Under the pieces are notes generated by a model. It did not search any database. It saw nothing but the letters and a program-made list of their open reading frames with translations, and was not told the origin of the DNA. From the NCBI GenBank assembly GCA_016870195.1, contig VGCC01000007.1:1336-65335 (forward strand): a stretch of 64,000 bases of DNA, written 5' to 3'. The position numbers and the translations under genes are program-made. This document shows, one piece after another, positions 55,717 to 64,000 of this stretch. The first letter of the stretch is position 1. Each line of letters starts with the position of its first letter. The stretch comes from Actinomycetota bacterium (GTDB taxonomy: Bacteria > Actinomycetota > Actinomycetes > S36-B12).

Positions 55717-55738
55717 GGACGGGGTTACGCTCGCCCAC

Positions 55739-56560
55739 ATGAGCGTCCTCGACGAGATCGTTGCGGGTGTTCAGGAGGATGTTGCGGAACGCATGGCGAT
55801 CGTGCCCCTCGATGAGCTCAAAGAGCGCGTGGCACACGCCCCCGCTCCGCGCAATGCGGTTGCTGCGCTCACATCGTCAGGAATAAGTGTCATCGCCGAA
55901 GTGAAGCGCGCGAGTCCCAGTCTCGGAACCCTCTCGACGATCCCGGATCCGGCAAAGCTCGCACACGAGTACGAGCAGGGTGGCGCCCAATGCATCAGTG
56001 TGCTCACCGAGCAACGTCGCTTTTGTGGGAGCTTGGCAGACCTCGACGCCGTCCGTGCTGCCGTCTCGGTGCCGGTGTTGCGAAAGGACTTCGTCGTCAC
56101 GAGTTACCAGTTGTGGGAAGCCCGTGTCCACGGTGCCGACTTAATCCTGCTCATCGTGGCCGCCTTGGATCAACAGAGACTGATCGGCCTTCTCGAGCGG
56201 AGTGTGAGTCTGGGGCTTACTCCGATCGTGGAAGTGCACGACGAGGACGAAGTGGAACGTGCGTTGGCCGCAGGTGCCTCCGTTATTGGAGTCAATGCGC
56301 GCAACCTCAAGACTCTGGAGGTGGACCGAGATGCGTTCGCTCGGCTTGCGCCCCGCATCCCCGATCAGTGCATCACCATCGCCGAGTCGGGGATCCGGGG
56401 TCCCCACGATTTAATCGTGTACGCCGAGTGCGGTGCCGATGCGGTCCTCGTCGGTGAGTCACTCGTCAGGCATGCCGATCCGCGTGCCGCCGTCCACGAG
56501 CTCGTCACCGCGGGGTCTCACCCGGCTGTTAAACACGCCCCGCGTGGTGGGATGCCGTGA
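55739..56560 (+). CDS. trpC: indole-3-glycerol phosphate synthase
   Basis: ATG 55739. Sequence [26 protein letters not shown] and VLRKDF. Confidence 0.95.
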   Translation: MSVLDEIVAGVQEDVAERMAIVPLDELKERVAHAPAPRNAVAALTSSGISVIAEVKRASPSLGTLSTIPDPAKLAHEYEQGGAQCISVLTEQRRFCGSLADLDAVRAAVSVPVLRKDFVVTSYQLWEARVHGADLILLIVAALDQQRLIGLLERSVSLGLTPIVEVHDEDEVERALAAGASVIGVNARNLKTLEVDRDAFARLAPRIPDQCITIAESGIRGPHDLIVYAECGADAVLVGESLVRHADPRAAVHELVTAGSHPAVKHAPRGGMP

Positions 56561-57765
56561 CGCTCGCAACGGACACTGCGTCTGGTCACTACGGTCCGTA
56601 CGGCGGCCGTTTCGTGCCGGAGGCCCTCATGGCCGCCTTGGACGAACTCGATGCCGCATTCCGAGACGCGATCGGTGACCCGACCTTCACCGCGACCCTC
56701 TCGGACCTCGAGCGGGACTACACCGGGCGGCCATCTCCTCTCACGCGCGCCCGACGTTTCGAGGTCGAGTGCGGTGGTGCGCGGGTGTATCTCAAGCGCG
56801 AAGACCTCAATCACACGGGCTCGCACAAGATCAATAACGTCCTCGGCCAAGCACTGCTCACCACGCGTATGGGTAAGCGAAGGGTCATCGCCGAGACGGG
56901 CGCCGGCCAGCACGGTGTCGCCACGGCGACCGCGGCAGCGCTGCTCGGACTCGAGTGCACCGTCTACATGGGCGAAGAGGACACCCGTCGCCAGGCACTC
57001 AATGTCGCGCGCATGCGCCTCCTCGGCGCCGAGGTCGTCCCCGTCCTGAATGGGAGTCGGACGCTCAAGGATGCGATCAACGAAGCGATGCGAGACTGGG
57101 TCACTCACGTCGCGGACACCCACTATCTGCTCGGCACTGTGACCGGTCCCGCTCCGTTCCCGGAGATGGTGCGGCATTTCCACTCGGTCATCGGTCGTGA
57201 GACTCGCGAGCAGATCCTCGCAATCGAGGGGCGCCTTCCCGACGCCGTGGTCGCTTGTGTCGGGGGTGGCTCGAATGCGATGGGGATCTTCAGCGCGTTT
57301 CTCGACGACCCCTCCGTGCGTCTTGTCGGCTACGAAGCAGGCGGCGAAGGAGTGGAGACGGGTCGGCATGCGGCGCGCTTCGTCGCTGGAACTCCGGGGG
57401 TGCTGCACGGTGCACGTACCTACGTCATGCAGGACGCGTGGGGCCAGACTGTGCCCTCGCACTCGATCAGCGCTGGACTCGACTACCCGGGGGTCGGACC
57501 CGAGCACGCCTGGTTGCACGACTCGGGTCGCGCGACGTATGAGCCGGTGACTGACGCGGAGGCCATGGAGGCCTTCGAGTTGGTCTCACGCACGGAGGGG
57601 ATCCTGCCCGCCATCGAGACGGCGCACGCGCTCGCCGGAGCCTGCAGGTTGGGTCGTGAGCTCGGGCGCGACGCGGTCATCGTGGTCAACCTGTCGGGCC
57701 GCGGGGATAAGGACGTCGTCACCGCAGCTCGGTGGTTCGGTCTCGGAGTCGATCCGACCGAATGA
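56557..57765 (+). CDS. trpB: tryptophan synthase beta chain
   Basis: 402 aa. Motifs [17 protein letters not shown] and GGGSNAMG. Confidence 0.95.
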   Translation: MTLATDTASGHYGPYGGRFVPEALMAALDELDAAFRDAIGDPTFTATLSDLERDYTGRPSPLTRARRFEVECGGARVYLKREDLNHTGSHKINNVLGQALLTTRMGKRRVIAETGAGQHGVATATAAALLGLECTVYMGEEDTRRQALNVARMRLLGAEVVPVLNGSRTLKDAINEAMRDWVTHVADTHYLLGTVTGPAPFPEMVRHFHSVIGRETREQILAIEGRLPDAVVACVGGGSNAMGIFSAFLDDPSVRLVGYEAGGEGVETGRHAARFVAGTPGVLHGARTYVMQDAWGQTVPSHSISAGLDYPGVGPEHAWLHDSGRATYEPVTDAEAMEAFELVSRTEGILPAIETAHALAGACRLGRELGRDAVIVVNLSGRGDKDVVTAARWFGLGVDPTE

Positions 57766-58559
57766 ATGGCAGACAACAGGCTGTCTTCGCTCGCGCTGCG
57801 CAGGAGAGACGTGCCGCACTCATCGGTTACTTCCCCGCGGGCTTCCCGTCCGCGGCAGACAGCGTGCGTGTGATGGCCGCGATGGTTCGCGGTGGTGTCG
57901 ATCTGCTGGAAGTGGGCCTGCCGTACTCGGATCCCCTCATGGATGGACCGGTGATCCAGGCCGCTGTGGAGAGTGCCCTGCGCGTAGGTGCGACCACGGA
58001 CGACGTACTTGTTGTGGTGGACCGGGTTTCGGAACTGGGTGCGGTGCCGCTGGTGATGTCCTACTGGAATCCGATCGAGCGGTATGGCCTGGAGCGATTC
58101 GCGACGCGCCTCGGGGAGGCCGGTGGAGTGGGGGTCATCACCCCGGATCTCACCCCAGAAGAGGCAGGGGAGTGGATCGCGGTCACCGATGAATGCGGGA
58201 TCGGTCGGACATTCCTCGTGGCGCCGTCGAGCACCGATGTGCGTATCGAGCGCGTCTCCCGCGCGACCACGGGGTTCCTCTACGCCGCGTCCACCATGGG
58301 CGTGACGGGTGTCCGCGACCAGGTCAGCGACGCCGCACCCGCACTCGTCGAACGTGTGCGTACCGTGACGGACCTACCGGTCGGTGTAGGGCTCGGGGTC
58401 TCGACGGAACAGCAGGCAGCGTCGGTTGCGGCCTATGCGGACGGCGTCATCGTGGGCTCGGCATTCGTGCGCGCGGTTCAGGAGGCGTCGGACATCGCGG
58501 CAGCCGAGTATGCGGTCGAAGCGTTGTCAGCGGAACTCGCCCGGGGTGTCCGAACCTGA
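57762..58559 (+). CDS. trpA: tryptophan synthase alpha chain
   Basis: ATG 57762 overlaps the trpB stop (ATGA). Sequence [29 protein letters not shown] and GVGLGVS. Confidence 0.95.
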   Translation: MNGRQQAVFARAAQERRAALIGYFPAGFPSAADSVRVMAAMVRGGVDLLEVGLPYSDPLMDGPVIQAAVESALRVGATTDDVLVVVDRVSELGAVPLVMSYWNPIERYGLERFATRLGEAGGVGVITPDLTPEEAGEWIAVTDECGIGRTFLVAPSSTDVRIERVSRATTGFLYAASTMGVTGVRDQVSDAAPALVERVRTVTDLPVGVGLGVSTEQQAASVAAYADGVIVGSAFVRAVQEASDIAAAEYAVEALSAELARGVRT

Positions 58560-58622
58560 CATCGCGGGTGCGGGAACCTCGGCTTAGGCTGTAGAGGCCG
58601 TTCGAGTGAAGGAGCGACATCC

Positions 58623-59417
58623 ATGAGTGGATCATCCCGTCGGGAGCGTGCCGCCGCGGCACGCAACGAGGCCCAGGCGAGCGAGAAGCGCCGTGAGCGC
58701 ACCGTGCGCATCATCGGGGCCGTGGCGGTCGTCGGGGTCGTCGTCGGGATCATCGGCGTGGCGGTCATCGCTCGGAACTCATCCGACGCCGCCAACCAGG
58801 TGACCAGGGTCGATCCGGATCCGAACGCACCTCTCCCCGAGGGTGTCCTCGGTGCAGACAGTGCGCACCCCTACGGCGTCCCCTACGGCACGGGTGCCGA
58901 GGGCGTCCCGGTACTCGAACTCTGGGAGGACTTCCAGTGCCCCGCCTGCGGTGCCCTTGAGCAGGTCAACGGGGCGGGTATCGCCGAGTTGGCCGAGACC
59001 GGCAAGGTGCAGTTAATCTGGCGGCCGACACACTTCCTCGATGCCAACCTGGGCAACGACTCCTCCAACCGTGCGATCGCGGCGTGGGGATGCGCCATCG
59101 ACTCAGGGAAGGTTCGGGAGTTCCACGACCTCGTCTACGTGAACCAGCCTGCCGACGAAGGACTCGGCTACTCCCAGGATCAACTGATCTCCTTCGGTGA
59201 GCAGTCTGGAATCTCGGGTGCCGAGTTGGAAACCTTCACCCAGTGCGTCCAGAACGGGACGTACCGCGCCTGGGCCGCGAACAGCAACCAGGAGTTCCAG
59301 AATGCCGCGATCCAGGGGACCCCGTACGGCCTCCTGAACGGTGTCGTCGTCGAGAGCGCAACTCTCGCCGATCGTGCTGCGCTGGAGGCTGCGGTCGCGC
59401 AGGCGACCGGGAAGTAA
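58623..59417 (+). CDS. membrane-anchored DsbA/thioredoxin-fold thiol:disulfide oxidoreductase
   Basis: 264 aa. GAAGGAG SD, N-terminal TM (IIGAVAVVGVVVGIIGVAVI) and the redox motif WEDFQCPACG. Confidence 0.8.
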   Translation: MSGSSRRERAAAARNEAQASEKRRERTVRIIGAVAVVGVVVGIIGVAVIARNSSDAANQVTRVDPDPNAPLPEGVLGADSAHPYGVPYGTGAEGVPVLELWEDFQCPACGALEQVNGAGIAELAETGKVQLIWRPTHFLDANLGNDSSNRAIAAWGCAIDSGKVREFHDLVYVNQPADEGLGYSQDQLISFGEQSGISGAELETFTQCVQNGTYRAWAANSNQEFQNAAIQGTPYGLLNGVVVESATLADRAALEAAVAQATGK

Positions 59418-59441
59418 CCAGGTATAGTTCGCTCTCCAGGC

Positions 59442-59472
59442 CAACGACGTCCTGGGTCCATCGACGTCGTTG
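59442..59472 (+). terminator. 10-bp perfect stem-loop between the dsbA-like gene and gltB (terminator or operator candidate)
   Basis: caacgacgtc (59442-59451), loop ctgggtccatc, gacgtcgttg (59463-59472). No U-tract. It ends 12 nt before the gltB GTG. Confidence 0.35.
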
Positions 59473-59483
59473 TGAGGTCTCCC

Positions 59484-62400
59484 GTGTTGTACTCCGCACT
59501 CCCCGCCCCCCAGGGTCTCTACCGACCTGAGAACGAACACGACGCGTGTGGGGTCGCGTTCGTCGCGACTTTGACCGGGGTGCCTTCCCACTCCATCGTC
59601 GACACGGCGCTCACGGCTCTGGAGAATCTCGAGCATCGCGGTGCCTCAGGCTCCGAGCCCGACAGCGGCGACGGGTCCGGCATCCTGATCCAGATTCCGG
59701 ACACCTTCTTCCGCGGGGTCGTCGACGTCGAACTGCCCCCGGCGGGGAGCTACGCCGCGGGCATCGTGTTCCTGCCGAGCGACGTGGATGCGGCCGCACG
59801 GACGCGCGAGCACCTCGAATCCTTGGCGGGTGACGAGGGGCTGCGCATCGTGGGATGGCGCGAGGTGCCCATCGACCCGCGGCTCGTGGGGGCCACTGCC
59901 CGGGCCTGCATGCCCAGTTTCTGGCAGGTGTTCGTCTCGGATGCGCACACGGCGGCGAGCGGTATCGACCTCGATCGTCAGGTGTTCGGCTTCCGACGTC
60001 GTGCTGAGCGCGATGCCGGCGTGTATTTCCCGTCGTTGTCCGCTCGAACGATCGTCTATAAGGGGATGCTCACCACGGGACAACTCCGCACATTTTTTCC
60101 GGATCTGACCGATCCAGCCATGGCGAGCGCCCTCGCGCTCGTGCATTCCAGGTTCTCCACGAACACATTTCCGTCGTGGCCTCTGGCGCATCCCTACCGA
60201 CTCATCGCCCACAACGGCGAAATCAACACCCTGCGGGGCAACCGGAACTGGATGCAAGCGAGGGAGGCGCTCCTCACCTCGGATCTCCTCCCGGGTGATC
60301 TGACGAGACTCTTCCCGATCTGCACGCCGGGCGGGAGCGACTCCGCGTCTTTCGATGAAGTCCTCGAACTCCTCCACCTCGGGGGTCGTTCGCTTCCGCA
60401 CGCCGTACTGATGATGATCCCGGAAGCGTGGGAGAACAACTCCGACATGGACCCTGCGCGCAGAGCCTTCTACGCGTTTCACGCGACGATCATGGAACCG
60501 TGGGATGGGCCCGCGAACATCTCCTTTACCGATGGCACGGTGATCGGGGCGGTACTGGATCGGAACGGACTCCGTCCCGGCCGGTACTGGGTCACCGACG
60601 AGGGCCTCGTCGTCCTGAGTTCCGAGGCCGGAGTCCTCGATATCGATCCGGCGCGGATCGTCCGCAAGGGACGGCTGCAGCCGGGGCGGATGTTCCTCGT
60701 GGACACGGCGGCCGGCCGGATCGTCGAGGATGACGAGATCAAGGCCGAACTTGCGGCTTCCCATCCCTTCCAGGAGTGGCTGGACGCGGGGTTGATCCAC
60801 CTCGAGTCCCTGCCCGAGCGCGAGCATGTTGTGCACACCCACGAGTCCGTTGCGCGTCGTCAGCAGACGTTTGGATACACCCAGGAGGAACTTCGTCTCA
60901 TCCTCGAGCCCATGGCGCTGAAGGGTGAGGAACCGATCGGTTCGATGGGCACGGATAGCCCAATCGCCGCATTGTCCTCGCGTCCACGGCTGCTCTTCGA
61001 CTACTTCACACAACTGTTCGCGCAGGTGACGAATCCACCCCTGGATGCGATCCGCGAGGAAATCGTCACCAGCCTGTCATCCCTCGCCGGACCCGAAGGC
61101 AATCTGCTTGATACCGAGGCCAGTCATGCCCGCCAAGTTGTGATGCCCTTTCCGGTCATCGACAACGACGAACTCGCCAAGATCCTGCACATCAATGCGG
61201 ACGGGGAGTTGCCCGAGTTCGCAGCCGCTCGGATCAAGGGCCTCTATCCGGTGGGTGGTGGTGGTGAGGCCCTGGCGAAGAGGCTCGGGGAGATCTTCAA
61301 TGAGGTCGACGCGGTGATCCGTCAGGGCAAGCGCTTCATCATCCTCTCCGATCGGGATAGCAACGCCCAGCTAGCTCCCATCCCGTCGCTGCTCCTGACG
61401 GCCGCAGTGCACCATCACCTCGTCCGGACTAAGGCGCGCACCATGATCAGCCTGCACGTCGAGGCCGGTGACGTGCGCGAGGTGCATCACATCGCCTTGC
61501 TCGTCGGATACGGAGCGGCCAGCGTCAACCCGTATCTGGCTCTCGAGTCGGTCGAGGATCTCGTTCATCGCGGAGTGATCGAGGGCGTGACGGCCGAGAA
61601 GGCAATGCGGAACACCATCAAGTCATTGGGCAAGGGATTGCTCAAGGTGATGTCGAAAATGGGTGTGTCCACCGTCGCCTCGTACCGTGGCGCGCAGATC
61701 TTCGAGGCCATCGGGCTTTCGCGGGACCTGATCGACCGCTACTTCACGGGAACCACATCGCGCCTAGGTGGAGTCGATCTGGACGTGATCGCTGAAGAGG
61801 TCGCCCGGCGCCATGCGGTCGCCTACCCGCGGTCGGGGATCTCTCCTGCGCATCGTGTGCTGGCGGATGGCGGCGAGTATCAATGGCGACGCGATGGCGA
61901 GCCGCACCTGTTCGATCCGGAGACGGTCTTCCGGCTCCAGCACGCGACCCGGGCCAAGCGATTCGACATCTTCCGCGAGTACACCGCGCAGGTGAACGAA
62001 CAATCGGAGCGGTTGATGACTTTGCGGGGCTTGTTCCAGCTTCGGACCGGTGAGCGCACACCCATCCCGATCGATGAAGTCGAATCGATCGAGTCAATCA
62101 TGAAGCGCTTCTCCACCGGTGCGATGAGCTACGGCTCGATTTCGCAGGAGGCCCACGAGACACTGGCAATCGCCATGAACCGGATCGGTGCCAAGTCGAA
62201 CACTGGAGAAGGCGGGGAGGATCCCGAGCGCTATCAGCCCCTTCCCGATGGCGACTCGAAGCGGTCGGCGATCAAGCAGGTGGCGTCAGGTCGCTTCGGA
62301 GTCACAAGCGAATACCTGGTGAACAGTGACGACATCCAGATCAAGATGGCGCAGGGTGCCAAGCCCGGCGAGGGCGGCCAGCTTCCCGGTCACAAGGTGT

Positions 62401-64000
62401 ATCCGTGGATCGCTAAGACCCGTCACTCGACGCCGGGTGTCGGATTGATCTCACCTCCGCCCCATCACGACATCTACTCGATCGAGGATCTTGCGCAGCT
62501 CATCCACGACCTAAAGAACGCGAATCCGCGCGCCCGCGTGCATGTGAAGCTCGTCGCCGAGATGGGGGTGGGCACGGTGGCCGCGGGGGTCTCCAAGGCC
62601 CATGCGGATGTGGTGCTCATCTCAGGTCACGATGGAGGCACGGGTGCTTCGCCACTGACCTCGCTCAAGCACGCGGGTGCACCGTGGGAATTGGGCCTGG
62701 CGGAGACGCAGCAGACCCTGGTCCTGAATGGTCTGCGCGATCGGATCGTTGTGCAGACGGATGGGCAGCTGAAGTCGGGCCGCGATGTCATCGTGGCCGC
62801 GTTGCTCGGCGCGGAAGAGTTCGGCTTCGCTACGGCCCCGCTTGTGGTGATGGGGTGCATCATGATGCGCGTCTGTCACCTCGACACATGTCCGGTCGGC
62901 GTTGCCACGCAGAATCCAGTGCTGCGTGAGCGCTTCAGTGGTCGACCCGAGTTCGTCATCACCTTCTTCGAGTTCATCGCCCAGGAAGTGCGCGAGTTCC
63001 TGGCGGAGTTGGGGTTCCGGTCTCTCGACGAGGTCATCGGTCGTAGTGATCTACTCGACACTGCACCCGCCATTGACCACTGGAAGGCCTCGGGCCTCGA
63101 CCTCAGTCCGATCCTGTTTTCACCCGACGTGCCTGGTCCCCGGCATCGGGTGCAGGAGCAAGACCATGGCCTGGATCGGGCACTCGACAAGGAACTCATC
63201 GGTCTCTGCGCGGCGGCGCTCGAGTCGGGTGAACCCGTGCGTGCTCGGCTGGCGATCCGCAACGTCAACCGCACCGTGGGAACCATGCTCGGCTCGGAGG
63301 TGACCCGCCGGTATGGCGGAGTCGGCCTCCCCGACGGCACCATCGATCTCACCTTCGTCGGCTCGGCGGGACAGTCCTTCGGTGCATTCCTGCCGTCGGG
63401 CATCACGCTGCGTCTCGAGGGTGATGCCAACGACTACGTCGGCAAGGGGTTATCGGGTGGGCGCGTCATCGTCCGCCCAGATCGCTCGGCCACCTTCGCT
63501 GCCGAGGACAACATCATCGCCGGCAACGTCATCGGGTACGGAGCCACGAGCGGTGAGGTCTATCTGCGCGGTGTCGTCGGTGAAAGATTCTGCGTTCGCA
63601 ACTCGGGGGCGGTGGCCGTAGCCGAGGGAATCGGGGACCACGGCTGCGAGTACATGACCGGCGGCACCGTCCTCATCCTCGGTCCCACGGGGCGTAACTT
63701 CGGGGCGGGCATGTCGGGTGGGGTCGCGTACCTCTACAACGCCGATCCTCGGCGCATCAACATGGCGATGGTGGACCTCGAGCCACTCGATGACGAGGAC
63801 GTGGCACGCGTACGCGCGCTCGTCACCCGGCATGTGGAGGAAACCGAGTCTGCGGTCGGACAACGTCTTCTCGAGAACTTTGACCCCTCGGCATTCATGA
63901 AGGTGATGCCCAGGGACTACAAGCGTGTTCTCACGTTGCGTGCCGAGGCCCTCGCGCGCGGTGAAGACCCGGTGATGGCCGTGATGGGAGGAATTCATGG
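59484..64000 (+). CDS. gltB: glutamate synthase large subunit (open at right window edge, nearly complete)
   Basis: Not in the ORF track because there is no stop in the window. Hand translation from GTG 59484 gives [30 protein letters not shown]. The frame was checked at 60180 ([21 protein letters not shown]), 62340 ([20 protein letters not shown]) and 63951 ([17 protein letters not shown]). Confidence 0.9.
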   Translation, partial: MLYSALPAPQGLYRPENEHDACGVAFVATLTGVPSHSIVDTALTALENLEHRGASGSEPDSGDGSGILIQIPDTFFRGVVDVELPPAGSYAAGIVFLPSDVDAAARTREHLESLAGDEGLRIVGWREVPIDPRLVGATARACMPSFWQVFVSDAHTAASGIDLDRQVFGFRRRAERDAGVYFPSLSARTIVYKGMLTTGQLRTFFPDLTDPAMASALALVHSRFSTNTFPSWPLAHPYRLIAHNGEINTLRGNRNWMQAREALLTSDLLPGDLTRLFPICTPGGSDSASFDEVLELLHLGGRSLPHAVLMMIPEAWENNSDMDPARRAFYAFHATIMEPWDGPANISFTDGTVIGAVLDRNGLRPGRYWVTDEGLVVLSSEAGVLDIDPARIVRKGRLQPGRMFLVDTAAGRIVEDDEIKAELAASHPFQEWLDAGLIHLESLPEREHVVHTHESVARRQQTFGYTQEELRLILEPMALKGEEPIGSMGTDSPIAALSSRPRLLFDYFTQLFAQVTNPPLDAIREEIVTSLSSLAGPEGNLLDTEASHARQVVMPFPVIDNDELAKILHINADGELPEFAAARIKGLYPVGGGGEALAKRLGEIFNEVDAVIRQGKRFIILSDRDSNAQLAPIPSLLLTAAVHHHLVRTKARTMISLHVEAGDVREVHHIALLVGYGAASVNPYLALESVEDLVHRGVIEGVTAEKAMRNTIKSLGKGLLKVMSKMGVSTVASYRGAQIFEAIGLSRDLIDRYFTGTTSRLGGVDLDVIAEEVARRHAVAYPRSGISPAHRVLADGGEYQWRRDGEPHLFDPETVFRLQHATRAKRFDIFREYTAQVNEQSERLMTLRGLFQLRTGERTPIPIDEVESIESIMKRFSTGAMSYGSISQEAHETLAIAMNRIGAKSNTGEGGEDPERYQPLPDGDSKRSAIKQVASGRFGVTSEYLVNSDDIQIKMAQGAKPGEGGQLPGHKVYPWIAKTRHSTPGVGLISPPPHHDIYSIEDLAQLIHDLKNANPRARVHVKLVAEMGVGTVAAGVSKAHADVVLISGHDGGTGASPLTSLKHAGAPWELGLAETQQTLVLNGLRDRIVVQTDGQLKSGRDVIVAALLGAEEFGFATAPLVVMGCIMMRVCHLDTCPVGVATQNPVLRERFSGRPEFVITFFEFIAQEVREFLAELGFRSLDEVIGRSDLLDTAPAIDHWKASGLDLSPILFSPDVPGPRHRVQEQDHGLDRALDKELIGLCAAALESGEPVRARLAIRNVNRTVGTMLGSEVTRRYGGVGLPDGTIDLTFVGSAGQSFGAFLPSGITLRLEGDANDYVGKGLSGGRVIVRPDRSATFAAEDNIIAGNVIGYGATSGEVYLRGVVGERFCVRNSGAVAVAEGIGDHGCEYMTGGTVLILGPTGRNFGAGMSGGVAYLYNADPRRINMAMVDLEPLDDEDVARVRALVTRHVEETESAVGQRLLENFDPSAFMKVMPRDYKRVLTLRAEALARGEDPVMAVMGGIH

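Noticed and set aside
1-64000. Mobile elements, prophage or defence islands, tRNA/rRNA genes and CRISPR arrays.
   Set aside because: No transposase, integrase or cas-like ORFs were seen. There are no long terminal or direct repeats apart from the coding KKxxPx array. No intergenic gap is large enough, or cloverleaf-like enough, for a tRNA. The absence was judged by eye only; tRNAscan-SE, Infernal and ISfinder would confirm it.

Overview
This is a high-GC actinobacterial chromosomal core region, roughly 52-70% GC by hand counts of single 60-nt lines. It is almost fully coding. By eye I found no rRNA, tRNA, CRISPR array, transposase or integrase.

Gene order:
- a YbaK/EbsC-like deacylase, open at the left edge
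- a P1B-type ATPase, a pterin dehydratase and a beta-CASP MBL hydrolase
- a DNA-damage cassette: a LexA-box plus RecA-NDp-like promoter, a 95-aa protein, a HEPN-like protein, DnaE2 and a catalytic DinB
- a DUF3040-like protein, a lipase, an (I/V)DL-repeat protein with an RDD protein, HelD, and DUF3293-like and DUF3048-like proteins
- a complete dcw cluster: mraZ-rsmH-ftsL-ftsI-murE-murF-mraY-murD-ftsW-murG-murC-ftsQ-ftsZ-pgeF-yggS-sepF-yggT-divIVA
- ileS on the minus strand, a lysine-repeat DksA/TraR protein, lspA-rluD-dnaE1, gpx, a membrane protein, ybaK and a LON-N protein
- hisD-C-B-H-priA-F-I fused to trpE, followed by two small membrane proteins, an inserted two-component system with a DUF2752 protein, trpCBA and a DsbA-like protein
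- gltB, open at the right edge

All family calls come from motif recognition and synteny, not from searches. I found no convincingly novel multi-gene system.

Best candidates for follow-up:
- the SOS-type DnaE2 cassette with two uncharacterised accessory proteins and no imuA'/imuB
- its composite promoter
- a long nested hairpin and a micro-ORF between mraZ and rsmH
- four phased MraZ boxes
- a histone-like KKxxPx repeat fused to a DksA zinc finger
- back-to-back promoters that look leaderless
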